From Nitrosopumilus sp. (lineage in GTDB: Archaea > Thermoproteota > Nitrososphaeria > Nitrososphaerales > Nitrosopumilaceae): a stretch of 64,000 bases of DNA. This document shows, piece by piece, positions 9,148 to 19,825 of this stretch. Position numbers and translations under genes: made by a program. The first letter of the stretch is position 1; every line of letters starts with the position of its first letter. The DNA is taken from assembly GCA_965203315.1 (NCBI GenBank), contig OZ241857.1, positions 1,184,001 through 1,248,000 on the forward strand, read 5' to 3'. The notes under the pieces were generated by a model, which saw only the letters and a list, made by a program, of their open reading frames with translations, was not told where the DNA came from and made no database searches.

Positions 9148-11504
9148 GGTGATTCCAATTCTTCGATCTTTTTCTTGGCTTCAGATAATTCTTGGGTAAG
9201 CTTGGTTATGGTGTGTTGTTGTTCAGTAGAGGTTGTTTCTAGAGTATTGTATCTAGATTGGAGATCGGCTAGTTCTTGTCTAAGTCTCTCTATGGTTGAT
9301 TCAAGCTCAATTATTCTAGTGTCGTCTTGAGTTGGTGGAGGTATCTCTAAATCAGTTGGTGGTTTTAGGTTGATAGATTCATCTAAATCATCGAGTGCTT
9401 TTTGAGATTCTAATTCCTCAATCTTTTTCTTGGCTTCATTCAGTTCAGTCTCTAAAGTGTTGTACCTGGATTGGAGATCGGCTAGTTCTTGTCTAAGTCT
9501 CTCTATGGTTGATTCATCTGAGTCTTTGAGTGCTTGTTGAGATTTTAATTCCTCAATCTTTTTCTTGGCTTCATTCAGTTGAGATTGAGTTTGTGTTGAG
9601 TTGGTTTCTAGTATATGATATTTAGACTGAAATTCATCTAGTTGAGTTTTTGTATCTATGCATGACTCTGCTAATTCAATCAAATGTTCCTTAGTCTTGG
9701 TATCTGTGTTAAAGGCGACTCTTAGATTTTCTTTGAAATCCTGCATTCTGTCTTTCCAGATATCTTTTCTTTCTTTCTGCTTGTCTTTTTTGGTTTCTAG
9801 TATTTCAACAGTGCCATTCATATTTTCAAGGATGTTAATCTTGGCGTTATGTTCAGATTCTAAAGTATTGTATCTGAATTGGAGATCGTGTAGAGAGGTT
9901 GTAGTAGTGTTGTGCTGATACCGTAGTGTGGTGTATTTAGATTCAAGATCAGCTAGTTTGGTTGTTTTGTTGTTATATTGAGTTTCTAGAGCATTATATC
10001 TAGACTGTAAATCATCTAGTTGAGTTGCGTTGTGTTCAGATTCTAGAGCATTATATCTAGACTGTAGTGTTTGATATCTAGATTGTAGTTCAGTTAGTTG
10101 AGTTGGATTTATTGGTCTGGTTGGTATGTGTGTTGTATCGGTTGTGAATGTAAAGTGTTCAGGTGGTTCGTAATAGTAATATCCATTGATAGAGTAGTAG
10201 GGTATCAGAGTAAATGTAAACTCGACAGGATTTTTATGAACATAATGATTTATGCGATATCGGTATTTACCGTCATTACAACCTAAATCACCGTATGTGT
10301 TAGAACCTGTATTTGATTCTAACATGTATTTAACATTAAAAGCACATGTATTGTTAGTGCCATATACTACTTGAACTTCACCAATGCTTTGATCATAGAG
10401 TAATTGTACATCTAGTTTGTAGTTGTCATAAAACACTACACTTGTTTTGTTGTTGAATAACGGTATTTTTGGTATTGTGGGCTCTGTTCCACTTACATTA
10501 ACAGTCATTGCACTCGAATAATAATATGATCTAATACTGTATTCGCCTGTTTTGCTAGGTGTGAATTCAGTGTCACCGTGATTACTCATCTGTATAGTTC
10601 GAGGATAGCTATCATGTGATACAACCACATCACCGTATATATCAAAAATCAGAGTATCGCCAAGTTGAATATTTAGTTCTCTTGGGATGGGCCTATTAAA
10701 ATCATCATCCCATGTAATTGTATGTGTGGTTTGATCTAGTGACTTGTATTTAGAGTAAAGTTCAGCTAGTTGTGCCGGAGTTAGTTGTGTGGGATGTATT
10801 GGTCTTGGCGTACTTGATGGTATGTGTGTTGTATCGGTTGTGAATGTAAAGTGTTCAGGTGGTTCGTAATAGTAATATCCATTGATAGAGTAGTAGGGTA
10901 TCAGAGTAAATGTAAACTCGACAGGATTTTTATGAACATAATGATTTATGCGATATCGGTATTTACCGTCATTACAACCTAAATCACCGTATGTGTTAGA
11001 ACCTGTATTTGATTCTAACATGTATTTAACATTAAAAGCACATGTATTGTTAGTGCCATATACTACTTGAACTTCACCAATGCTTTGATCATAGAGTAAT
11101 TGTACATCTAGTTTGTAGTTGTCATAAAACACTACACTTGTTTTGTTGTTGAATAACGGTATTTTTGGTATTGTGGGCTCTGTTCCACTTACATTAACAG
11201 TCATTGCACTCGAATAATAATATGATCTAATACTGTATTCGCCTGTTTTGCTAGGTGTGAATTCAGTGTCACCGTGATTACTCATCTGTATAGTTCGAGG
11301 ATAGCTATCATGTGATACAACCACATCACCGTATATATCAAAAATCAGAGTATCGCCAAGTTGAATATTTAGTTCTCTTGGGATGGGCCTATTAAAATCA
11401 TCATCCCATGTAATTGTATGTGTGGTTTGAGCATATACATTATCTACTAGACCTATAACGCCCATGATACTTACTGCAATAAGACTCCCAATTAGAATTT
11501 TCAC
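9144..11504 (-). CDS. Secreted protein with two identical ~204-aa head domains and a long coiled-coil stalk
   Basis: GTG start; signal peptide; duplicated QTTHTITWDD...TTHIP domain; heptad repeats ending KKIEELESP. Confidence 0.8.
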   Translation of the reverse strand: MKILIGSLIAVSIMGVIGLVDNVYAQTTHTITWDDDFNRPIPRELNIQLGDTLIFDIYGDVVVSHDSYPRTIQMSNHGDTEFTPSKTGEYSIRSYYYSSAMTVNVSGTEPTIPKIPLFNNKTSVVFYDNYKLDVQLLYDQSIGEVQVVYGTNNTCAFNVKYMLESNTGSNTYGDLGCNDGKYRYRINHYVHKNPVEFTFTLIPYYSINGYYYYEPPEHFTFTTDTTHIPSSTPRPIHPTQLTPAQLAELYSKYKSLDQTTHTITWDDDFNRPIPRELNIQLGDTLIFDIYGDVVVSHDSYPRTIQMSNHGDTEFTPSKTGEYSIRSYYYSSAMTVNVSGTEPTIPKIPLFNNKTSVVFYDNYKLDVQLLYDQSIGEVQVVYGTNNTCAFNVKYMLESNTGSNTYGDLGCNDGKYRYRINHYVHKNPVEFTFTLIPYYSINGYYYYEPPEHFTFTTDTTHIPTRPINPTQLTELQSRYQTLQSRYNALESEHNATQLDDLQSRYNALETQYNNKTTKLADLESKYTTLRYQHNTTTTSLHDLQFRYNTLESEHNAKINILENMNGTVEILETKKDKQKERKDIWKDRMQDFKENLRVAFNTDTKTKEHLIELAESCIDTKTQLDEFQSKYHILETNSTQTQSQLNEAKKKIEELKSQQALKDSDESTIERLRQELADLQSRYNTLETELNEAKKKIEELESQKALDDLDESINLKPPTDLEIPPPTQDDTRIIELESTIERLRQELADLQSRYNTLETTSTEQQHTITKLTQELSEAKKKIEELESP
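10122..11430. repeat. Apparently identical 613-bp direct repeats (10122-10734 and 10818-11430; period 696 bp)
   Basis: Identical translations; nucleotide identity wherever compared. Confidence 0.9.
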
Positions 11505-11513
11505 AAAAGAACT

Positions 11514-11531
11514 CCCCCCCCCCCCTTATAA
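11514..11531 (-). promoter_or_regulatory. TATA box followed by a G12 homopolymer upstream of the 11504 start
   Basis: Minus strand reads TTATAA-G12-AGTTCTTTT-GTG. Confidence 0.7.
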
Positions 11532-11753
11532 CAATTACTAAAATATAGCGCAGAATAGTAGGTCATATCACTACACAATTCGAAACCAAAATGTCTATGG
11601 CGTAGATGGCGTTCCCATAGAATGAATCGTTACTCACTAGTATTGATATCAAGTTGATATAACATCCAAACAAGAAAGTCGATCGTCTTATCTGATATCA
11701 TATCGAGGATGTGGAACAGCTGCACAATAGTCAAAGATAATTCCAGTTAAGTA

Positions 11754-12680
11754 CTAGAATCCATCCTTATTGCATATCAAACCTAGCAGTGCAGCTCTGG
11801 TATATTGTCCGTATGCTGCCTGTTCAAAGTACTTTGCATTATTGGTAGAGTCGACCTCGGGAGATATCTCATCGATTCTCGGTAGAGGATGCATAACTAT
11901 TGCGTCATGTTTCATCTTTTTGAGTAGATCCAATCCAACAACGTAACTACCCTTTACTTTGAGATACTCTTCTTCGTCTGGAAAACGTTCTTTTTGAATT
12001 CGTGTGACGTATAGAACATCGATATCATCTACATGATCGTCTATCGAATCTGACTCGACCAGATCCAGTTTTGTCTTGATCTCATATACAGAATCTGATC
12101 GTATTCGAAGCGATTCCGGTGAGATCAGTGTAACGTTGATGTCATAGTTTCTTAAACCGTACAATAACGAGTATACGGTTCTACCATACTTTAGATCGCC
12201 TATTATTCCGATATGCAATCCATCGATCCTACCTTTTTCACGTCTAATGGTAAAGAGATCTTGGATAGCCTGTGTCGGGTGTTCCTCTGTTCCACTTCCA
12301 CCGTTGATCACTGGTTTGTCTGATATCTCGGCTGCAAATCTACTCGAACCATCCAGAGGATGACGCAGTACAAGGATATCAGAGTATATCGACATTATAC
12401 GAATGGTATCTGCTAGACTCTCACCCTTTTGTGCTGACGATGATGTAATATCAGATATGCCTAACGAGTTTCCACCTATACTCGCCATCGCAGAGTCGAA
12501 GCTTAGACGAGTTCTAGTGGACGGTTCATAGAATAGATATCCCAATGTATTGCCTTTGCAGATCTCGTGCCTCTGTATACTATTCATCTGCATCATCTTG
12601 TCTGTATATGAAAAGATCGTCTCTAGTTGTGCCTTGTCAAAGTCTTTAATCGATATAATATCTTGATTGTAAAAGTTCAT
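11754..12680 (-). CDS. pyrB: Aspartate carbamoyltransferase catalytic subunit
   Basis: FYEPSTRTRLSF, HPTQ and MHPLPR motifs; start taken at MNFYNQ. Confidence 0.96.
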   Translation of the reverse strand: MNFYNQDIISIKDFDKAQLETIFSYTDKMMQMNSIQRHEICKGNTLGYLFYEPSTRTRLSFDSAMASIGGNSLGISDITSSSAQKGESLADTIRIMSIYSDILVLRHPLDGSSRFAAEISDKPVINGGSGTEEHPTQAIQDLFTIRREKGRIDGLHIGIIGDLKYGRTVYSLLYGLRNYDINVTLISPESLRIRSDSVYEIKTKLDLVESDSIDDHVDDIDVLYVTRIQKERFPDEEEYLKVKGSYVVGLDLLKKMKHDAIVMHPLPRIDEISPEVDSTNNAKYFEQAAYGQYTRAALLGLICNKDGF

Positions 12681-12722
12681 CCTCCCAATAATATTATACA
12701 AGTCAATATACAAACTATTCTA

Positions 12723-13184
12723 ATGGAACAGTCCGGGTTGATGGTTCGTCGCATAAAGGAAGGAACTGTGATCGACCATATCGATGAGGGAAAGGGTCTC
12801 CAAGTTCTTACTGCATTGAGGATTGATGGTACAGATGGTAGTCTGATAACCATAGCGTTGAATGTTCCTAGCGCCAAGTTTAAGAAGAAAGATATCATAA
12901 AGATCGAAGACAAGTTTCTCAAAGACGATGATACCAACAAATTGGCAGTCATAGCCCCCAAATCTACAATAAACATAATCAAAGACTACAAGCTGGTTGA
13001 GAAGCGTCGTGTCTCGTTGCCAAACGAGATCGATAGGATATTTCGCTGCTCAAACCCAGACTGTATCACAAACAGCACCGAGTATATAGAGTCCATAATG
13101 GACGTAATCGATATCAAGGGTAGAATCCTCAGATGCCGATACTGCAGCAGAGTATTGGATGTAAACGAGTTAGAGTATAACTAG
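12723..13184 (+). CDS. pyrI: Aspartate carbamoyltransferase regulatory subunit
   Basis: IKEGTVIDHI, KKDIIKIE, CSNPDCIT and CRYC; start at MEQSGL. Confidence 0.95.
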   Translation: MEQSGLMVRRIKEGTVIDHIDEGKGLQVLTALRIDGTDGSLITIALNVPSAKFKKKDIIKIEDKFLKDDDTNKLAVIAPKSTINIIKDYKLVEKRRVSLPNEIDRIFRCSNPDCITNSTEYIESIMDVIDIKGRILRCRYCSRVLDVNELEYN

Positions 13185-13217
13185 AGATAAAAAAGATTCA
13201 TAGATCTGATTCTACGA

Positions 13218-13526
13218 CTATTGTCCAAGTATGATAAACATCATTACTATACCATAGATGGCGATAGACTCGACCATACCTACAAAGATGAATACCTTTG
13301 ACTGTAATGCTGGGTTTTCACTGATTACCGCAAGACCTGCAGCTCCCACTTGACCTAGACCTATACCTGCACCAAATGCCGCTAAACCAAAAGCCAAACC
13401 TGCACCAAATAGTTTCATAGAGTCTGAACTCGTTGCTCCACTAGCATCTTGTGCATATGCAAGCCCTGTCACTCCAAGGAGGGAGGTCGCTACAACTGCA
13501 GAGAGTAGTAAAAGGGTTGGTTTCAT
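13218..13526 (-). CDS. atpK: A-type ATP synthase subunit K (c, proteolipid) with an N-terminal leader
   Basis: Gly-rich hairpin; conserved Glu in MVESIAIYG; TTAAATAT box upstream of MKPTLLL. Confidence 0.93.
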   Translation of the reverse strand: MKPTLLLLSAVVATSLLGVTGLAYAQDASGATSSDSMKLFGAGLAFGLAAFGAGIGLGQVGAAGLAVISENPALQSKVFIFVGMVESIAIYGIVMMFIILGQ

Positions 13527-13699
13527 GTTATATTCACGCCTCAATAAACTCCATATTTAAATGATACAAACAGGTTCTTGCAAACGGTTAGCCTGACAAC
13601 GATTCTTGCAGTGTTTTGAGCATTAGAGTATGTCAAGGGTTGACTTTTGTGCCAGGGTGTCATATCAACTTACACAAGTCATCAAATGCAGTTTGTGCC

Positions 13700-14333
13700 T
13701 GTTCATCGGACAGAATCGATATCTAATACTTGTATCTCTCAACCACCGGTCAGTAAATCATAGTCATGCACTTCGATCGCATGAACCACTCTGAAATCGT
13801 GCTGTATTTTCAGCATATTCAAAATTCAATATTACTCCAATTGCAATATTTTGTATCTGCTGTTCTATGTCTGGTGTAGCTCTGTCTATGTCTATTACTA
13901 TATCAAGCATCCCTGTAGATGTATCAACACCCATTCCCAACAGCGGTAGATCGCTTAGTGCTAGTTTGAGTATGATCGCAATCATCCTTGGATCATCAGA
14001 TTCAGGATCTTCAACAACTGGCAACTCTAGTATCAATTCATCTAATTCTGCATGTAATCTGTCTATTCTGTTATTGTTGTCTCGAATCATATTTTGTATA
14101 GTATTATTATTGGAAAGTTTAGCTAGTTGTTGGTTTTCAAGTTGTAAATCTAAAATAGTAGATCCTATATGGTACAAGTACTCTTGCCAATCCTCATTAG
14201 ATCTAGTGTCGTCTATTTTAGACGAATTGACCTGATCGCCATCATTAGGAGCGTCCTGCGCATGTGCCAATACAGGTAGGGTTAACATTAATGGAATAAT
14301 TGCCAGTAACAATATTTTGAGACTGTTTGTCAT
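13700..14333 (-). pseudogene. Truncated secreted protein, possibly the pro-region of an S1-type protease
   Basis: 189-aa signal-peptide ORF stops after SCDRSA; a shifted frame continues DYDLLTGG*EIQV; 3' end approximate. Confidence 0.4.
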
Positions 14334-14511
14334 TATTTTTGTCGACGTATAATTGCTTTTAAGAATTACGCAGAAATGATATGTTTCTGAGACTCGTATG
14401 AAATTGTATGTGGTCGTAGTTTCTTTAACTAGAGATCAATAACGCACAACGACCATACATCATACTCTGCTTGAATGTAATCTGGTAATGATATTTGGAC
14501 TTGTCATTCAA

Positions 14512-14967
14512 CTAGTCATATCTAGTCTCAACTACAATAATCTTGCCAAACTTGCTAAAGAGTCGTTGTCTTTCTGAATTTGTAAAGAGCCAACCCAAAA
14601 TAACATCGAATGGTAACAAGAACGCCTTTCCGAAACTGCTTACTGCCACATTCCATATCTCTGGCTTTGAGCCATCTATTGTAGTTACTTCGAGTCCAAG
14701 TATCTTTTTGCCTATGGTTTTACGTGCAGTATATTCTAATATTGTCCAGTACGCAAAGAAAGCCACACTCATAATTGGAAATGCAACGACAAAATTTGAT
14801 GCATCATCCATATCTGGAGTATACGGAACAGTATAGAATATGGACACTAGAGTTGTAGTGATTATTCCCAACAACAAGATAACAACGACAAAATCGATCA
14901 AATATGCAATGAATCTCTTTGACCAACTTGCACTTGTAAGCATCTCTGATCCGCTCATACTAAACAT
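14512..14967 (-). CDS. RDD family membrane protein
   Basis: ASWSKRFIAYLID, TIGKKILGLEV and RQRL motifs. Confidence 0.85.
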   Translation of the reverse strand: MFSMSGSEMLTSASWSKRFIAYLIDFVVVILLLGIITTTLVSIFYTVPYTPDMDDASNFVVAFPIMSVAFFAYWTILEYTARKTIGKKILGLEVTTIDGSKPEIWNVAVSSFGKAFLLPFDVILGWLFTNSERQRLFSKFGKIIVVETRYD

Positions 14968-15167
14968 TTTTACAACATATATTAAAGAATTGCGTATGAA
15001 TCGTTCATTACCATGATTTGTGATTGAATTTGAGTTATTTTACTAGATTTGTAAACTATATGATAGCAACCTAGCCTCGGACAAGAGTTCACAGTCACTT
15101 CATCGATCAAGAATGTTATTGAATAGATTCCAAAGATGTAAAGATTGTTTGGTGTTATTACCAAAGA

Positions 15168-15299
15168 CTATACTCGATCAAGAGTCTTCTTTTTGAAACT
15201 AGCAAGATCATCTTTGATAGATTTTGTAAATCTCTCATGATCTTGTTCTAGAGACTTTTTAGAGTCATCGATAATTTTACGAATCTGATCCTTTGCCAT
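15168..15299 (-). CDS. 43-aa charged helical protein translationally coupled to atpD (not in the ORF track)
   Basis: TGATG overlap with the atpD stop; MAKDQIRKIIDDSKKSLEQDHERFTKSIKDDLASFKKKTLDRV. Confidence 0.6.
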   Translation of the reverse strand: MAKDQIRKIIDDSKKSLEQDHERFTKSIKDDLASFKKKTLDRV

Positions 15300-15928
15300 C
15301 ACTTTCTACTCTCCATCGCTGCTTTTACCTTTTTTAACTTTGCAAACTCTTCTCGTTCTCGTTCTTCTAGAGTTGCAAGAATGAATCTAATCCTCTCTTG
15401 ATACTGTGGAATTATGACATTCTCTAGCGCATTCAAGAGTTTCTGAGTCTTTTCTAGTGCTTTTGCAAGACTAAATATGGAATTCTCATACTCGGCAGCT
15501 TTGCAGATCTTTGGTAGTATCTCTTTTATCTGCTTGGCTGCTCTGTCTATGGATGAGTTGGTATCTGCAAATCCATAAGGCATCGACTTGTCCTTCTCTG
15601 TTACTGCTAGTGCCGGAATCTTTACGTCTACGACTCGACGGATATTCACATCTACCTCCATTACCGGAGGAGTAGACTCTGCAACAGAGTCGACTGTGGA
15701 TGTCCCCAGAGTAAGGTATGCCTCGTTTACAGACTTGTAGATGTCTTGAAGTGGTTCCCAGATACCACCACGTGCCTTGGATGCCTCTTCTATCATCTCT
15801 TCGATGTTCTTTAACAAGACTTTGCGTTTGTCGTCTAGTATCTTTTGAACCATTGTAGCGACTTGACTAGAGCGTTTGTACTTTAATAGTTCGATCTTTG
15901 TTGCAGCAACGTTTTGACCAAATGACAT
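15299..15928 (-). CDS. atpD: A-type ATP synthase subunit D
   Basis: NALENVIIP...LEEREREEF motif; operon position. Confidence 0.95.
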   Translation of the reverse strand: MSFGQNVAATKIELLKYKRSSQVATMVQKILDDKRKVLLKNIEEMIEEASKARGGIWEPLQDIYKSVNEAYLTLGTSTVDSVAESTPPVMEVDVNIRRVVDVKIPALAVTEKDKSMPYGFADTNSSIDRAAKQIKEILPKICKAAEYENSIFSLAKALEKTQKLLNALENVIIPQYQERIRFILATLEEREREEFAKLKKVKAAMESRK

Positions 15929-15930
15929 AT

Positions 15931-17313
15931 CTACACCTTGTAAAACTTGTCTACGTACTTGTCCTTAACTTTGGTAATCTCATTCTTTGGTAGTTTAGAT
16001 ACAACCTTCCACAGTATTCCCAGCGTCTCCTCTATGTTACGATTCTCATCTGTCGATTGTGATAGAAACTCTCTCTCAAATGTATCGCCAACGTCCATAT
16101 ACTTTAGATCAATCTCGGTCAAACCTGCCTTGCCGACTATTCCAGCAAGAGCACGAACCTCTTGTGCTCGTGAGTATGCATCATAGTTTTGGTTTGATAT
16201 CTCGCCATGGTCTTCACGTGTACTGCCTTCACCTATACCATCTTTCATCAATCTACTGAGACTCATCAAAATGTTAACAGGAGGATAGATTCCCTGTCGG
16301 AAGAGATCTCGACCCAGAACGATCTGCCCCTCGGTGATATATCCAGTAAGGTCAGGTATAGGATGTGTGATGTCATCTGAAGGCATTGACAAGATCGGAA
16401 CCTGAGTTACACTTCCCTTTTTACCGATCAGTTTGCCTGCGCGTTCGTATATTGTGGATAGATCTGTGTATAGATAACCTGGATATCCCTTTCTGCCAGG
16501 TACCTCCTCTCTCGCTGCACTGATCTCTCTGAGAGCTTCTGCATAGTTTGTCATGTCGGTCAGTATAACCAATACGTGCATTCCTAGATCAAATGCCAGA
16601 TACTCGGCTACGGTTAGTGCTACACGTGGAGTAATGATTCGTTCTATAGCAGGATCGTCGGCTAGATTTAGAAACAAGACGCTGCGTTTCAGTGCTCCAG
16701 ACTCTTCTAGGCTACGCTTAAAGTACTCGGCCTCAGAGTATTGGACACCTATTGCTGCAAAGACTACTGCAAAGTCGTCATCCGTTCCGATGACACTTGC
16801 CTGTTTTGCTATCTGGGCTGCAAGCAAGTTGTGTGACATGCCAGAGCCAGAGAATATTGGGAGTTTCTGACCACGAACTAGTGTTATCATTCCATCTATA
16901 ACAGATACGCCTGTCTGGATGAAATCTTTAGGATACTCGCGTTGTTCTGGATTCATCGGTTCACCATTGATATCGATGAACTTGTCAGCTATTGGATCTG
17001 GTAGTCCGTCCTTGGGTCTACCTAGACCATCGAATACACGCCCAAGTACCTCTTTGGATACAGGCATCTCCATGACCTTGCCTACAAACTTGGCGTTCGT
17101 ACCAGAGACCGACAGTCCCGTAGTTCCTTCAAAGACTTGAACTATAGCTTTGCCGTTTCCGACCTCGAGTACTTTACCTAGACGCTTCTCACCCTCTCGA
17201 GTCTCGATCTCTACCAGCTCGTCAAATGCAGCATTCTCGATATCATCTACTATGACCAGTGGACCTTTGATCTCAGCTATCTTGCTGTACTGGACTCCAC
17301 CTTCGACCGTCAA
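15931..17313 (-). CDS. atpB: A-type ATP synthase subunit B
   Basis: [29 protein letters not shown] and [18 protein letters not shown]. Confidence 0.97.
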   Translation of the reverse strand: MTVEGGVQYSKIAEIKGPLVIVDDIENAAFDELVEIETREGEKRLGKVLEVGNGKAIVQVFEGTTGLSVSGTNAKFVGKVMEMPVSKEVLGRVFDGLGRPKDGLPDPIADKFIDINGEPMNPEQREYPKDFIQTGVSVIDGMITLVRGQKLPIFSGSGMSHNLLAAQIAKQASVIGTDDDFAVVFAAIGVQYSEAEYFKRSLEESGALKRSVLFLNLADDPAIERIITPRVALTVAEYLAFDLGMHVLVILTDMTNYAEALREISAAREEVPGRKGYPGYLYTDLSTIYERAGKLIGKKGSVTQVPILSMPSDDITHPIPDLTGYITEGQIVLGRDLFRQGIYPPVNILMSLSRLMKDGIGEGSTREDHGEISNQNYDAYSRAQEVRALAGIVGKAGLTEIDLKYMDVGDTFEREFLSQSTDENRNIEETLGILWKVVSKLPKNEITKVKDKYVDKFYKV

Positions 17314-19088
17314 TTGGATACCTTCACTCCTGAAATACTTTGAAACTGCTCGTGCATCAGAGCCTCGAGTTGATCTAGTTTGGGCATCTCGTCGTCTTTG
17401 ATATCCATTCTTGCCTTGAGAAGTGAACCAATGGAGTCGATGGAACGGATCTCGGCTAGTGATACACCCTCTTTGAGAGCCTGTTGACCCTGTTTGTAAA
17501 AGTCTACCAATAATTGTAATAGTTTGTACTGTTTTTCTGGGCTACAGTATGTATCGACATCGTCAAATGAGTTTTGTTGGAGTAGTCCAATCTTTATCAT
17601 TCTTGCTACCTCTAGGATCAACTTTTCTTCGTCTGGTAGTGCTTCTGGTCCCAAGAGACGAACGATCTCTTTCAGTGTATCTTCACGTTGTAGAATACTA
17701 TACGCCTCACTACGCATATTCAGCCAGTTGGAGTTGATATTCTCATCCCACCACTTTGCAATGTCGGCTAGATATCCAGAATAGCTGTTCATCCAATTGA
17801 TCGATGGATAGTGACGCGAGTATGCGAGTTTTGCATCTAGCGCCCAAAAGGTCTTGATGAATCGCATGGTATGAGTTGTAACCGGCTCGGTAAAGTCACC
17901 GCCAGATGGAGATACTGCTCCGACCAGAGTTACAGAGCCATCACGTTCTGGACTACCGAGTGCACTTACACGTCCAGCTCGTTCATAAAACTCTGCTAGT
18001 CTCGATGCGAGATATGAAGGGTATCCCTCTTCTGCAGGCATCTCTTCTAGTCTTCCACTCATCTCTCTAAGTGCTTCTGCCCATCTACTCGTAGAGTCTG
18101 CTACCAGTACGACATCTTTGCCCATGTCTCTATAGTACTCTGCTATAGTTACTCCAGTGTAGATGCTTGCCTCTCTTGCAGCAACAGGCATGTTACTGGT
18201 GTTTGCAACGAGAACGGTTCTGTCCATGAGTGGTTTACCACTTCGTGGATCTTTGAGATGAGGAAATTCGACCAAAACTTCGGTCATCTCGTTTCCGCGT
18301 TCACCACAACCGATGTATACTACTATTTGAGAGTCGGCCCATTTCGCGATCTGGTGAAGTGTTACAGTCTTGCCTGTACCAAATGCACCTGGAATCGAAC
18401 CTGTTCCTCCTTTTGCTATAGGAAAGAACGTATCGATAACACGCTGACCAGTAAGAAGAGGTACGGTTGGATCATGTCTGTCCTTGTAAGGTCGTGGCTT
18501 GCGAACAGGCCATCGATGATACATCTTTAGTGATATGTTCTGACCATCCTTTTCAGCTACAACTAGTTCAGTCTCTAGATCATAGTCGCCTTCGGACACT
18601 ACACTGGTAATCTTGCCTCCAGGACTATCTGGTGGAACTAGTATCGAGTGTTCAATAAGTGCGGTCTCTTGGACGGTTCCAATTACATCGCCTGCAGAGA
18701 TATCATCTCCTACAGATACAGTTGGAACAAAGTGGTACGTCTTGGTCAGATCTACCGGAGTGGTAGTTATTCCCCTTCCAATAAACGAACCAGAAGCTTT
18801 GGACAGCTCACGTAGAGGTCGCTGAATTCCATCGTACAGTTGGCCGATTATTCCTGGTCCTAATAATACACTTAGTGGATTTCCAGTGCCTATGACTGGT
18901 TCGCCAGGCTTTAAACCACTAGTTGACTCATAAACTTGAATAAATGCAACATCACCAGTAAGTCTGATTACTTCACCTACCAGTTTTGACTCACCGACAA
19001 CTACAGTCTCGTACATCTTTGCATCTGACATTCCGTCTGCTTTAACAGCGGGGCCACTAACCCATACGATTCTACCTTGTGGAGCCAT
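17310..19088 (-). CDS. atpA: A-type ATP synthase subunit A
   Basis: [17 protein letters not shown] and [10 protein letters not shown]. Confidence 0.97.
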   Translation of the reverse strand: MAPQGRIVWVSGPAVKADGMSDAKMYETVVVGESKLVGEVIRLTGDVAFIQVYESTSGLKPGEPVIGTGNPLSVLLGPGIIGQLYDGIQRPLRELSKASGSFIGRGITTTPVDLTKTYHFVPTVSVGDDISAGDVIGTVQETALIEHSILVPPDSPGGKITSVVSEGDYDLETELVVAEKDGQNISLKMYHRWPVRKPRPYKDRHDPTVPLLTGQRVIDTFFPIAKGGTGSIPGAFGTGKTVTLHQIAKWADSQIVVYIGCGERGNEMTEVLVEFPHLKDPRSGKPLMDRTVLVANTSNMPVAAREASIYTGVTIAEYYRDMGKDVVLVADSTSRWAEALREMSGRLEEMPAEEGYPSYLASRLAEFYERAGRVSALGSPERDGSVTLVGAVSPSGGDFTEPVTTHTMRFIKTFWALDAKLAYSRHYPSINWMNSYSGYLADIAKWWDENINSNWLNMRSEAYSILQREDTLKEIVRLLGPEALPDEEKLILEVARMIKIGLLQQNSFDDVDTYCSPEKQYKLLQLLVDFYKQGQQALKEGVSLAEIRSIDSIGSLLKARMDIKDDEMPKLDQLEALMHEQFQSISGVKVSN

Positions 19089-19091
19089 ATC

Positions 19092-19679
19092 TTAACTAAT
19101 CCCGAATTTGACTGCAATCTCTTTCCTTATTAAAGGCTTCATGCGTTCAATCCTAGCATCTAGAGTGTTGTCGAATGTGATCGTGCCATCTTTGGATTGT
19201 ACTCGAACTCCACCCAGACATTTGATCACATCTGGTGATAGTTCAGATCCTGTAGGTAGCAAGGTTTGTACAATATCACGATCTCTTTCATTTGTATACA
19301 CAACAACCTCTGATGTTCCCAAGATATTTGTCGCTTCATTGAGTAGTGATGTGATCAGGTTTGCATATTCGCCACTACGATCTGTATCAGATATCTGATC
19401 GAGTGCCTTTGTAAATACTCTGTTTACTGCATCTTCTAGTACTAGGAGCTGTTTGTTCCTTGCTTCTAGGTTGGCACTGCCAACGAGTTGCTGTGCAATC
19501 TTTTCTGCTTCCTTGTTTCCATCAGATATGATCTTGTCATACTCTTGTTCCAAGGTGGGAATCGCATCGTCTAGTGTCTTGTGCGACTCTTTGAGTGTTG
19601 ATGTTATACCAGAGAGTATGCCCTCTTTGGTTTTGTTTAAGATTTTATCTATAGTCTGCTCTAAAGCCAAGTTTGTCAA
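19092..19679 (-). CDS. atpE: A-type ATP synthase subunit E
   Basis: Coiled-coil N-terminus; LGGVRV...DNTLDARI; probable TTG start, later than the ORF-track start. Confidence 0.88.
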   Translation of the reverse strand: MTNLALEQTIDKILNKTKEGILSGITSTLKESHKTLDDAIPTLEQEYDKIISDGNKEAEKIAQQLVGSANLEARNKQLLVLEDAVNRVFTKALDQISDTDRSGEYANLITSLLNEATNILGTSEVVVYTNERDRDIVQTLLPTGSELSPDVIKCLGGVRVQSKDGTITFDNTLDARIERMKPLIRKEIAVKFGIS

Positions 19680-19825
19680 TGAGTGGCGTTTATACATAAT
19701 AGATTTTAATGTTTGGAAGTCAGAGTATAGAAATGTCATACTCTACATATCTAATGTAAGATGGAGTCGAAACCAACGGGCATTCAGAAAGATATTAAAA
19801 AGTAGAGATTGACGGGAATCTTATC

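Noticed and set aside
10122-11430. DGR template/variable repeat pair
   Set aside because: The copies appear identical, with no adenine-specific differences, and there is no reverse transcriptase in the window.
14396-14465. 70-bp imperfect hairpin with GTATGA/TCATAC ends, as an IS66-derived MITE
   Set aside because: The match is short, there is no TSD, and there is only one copy.
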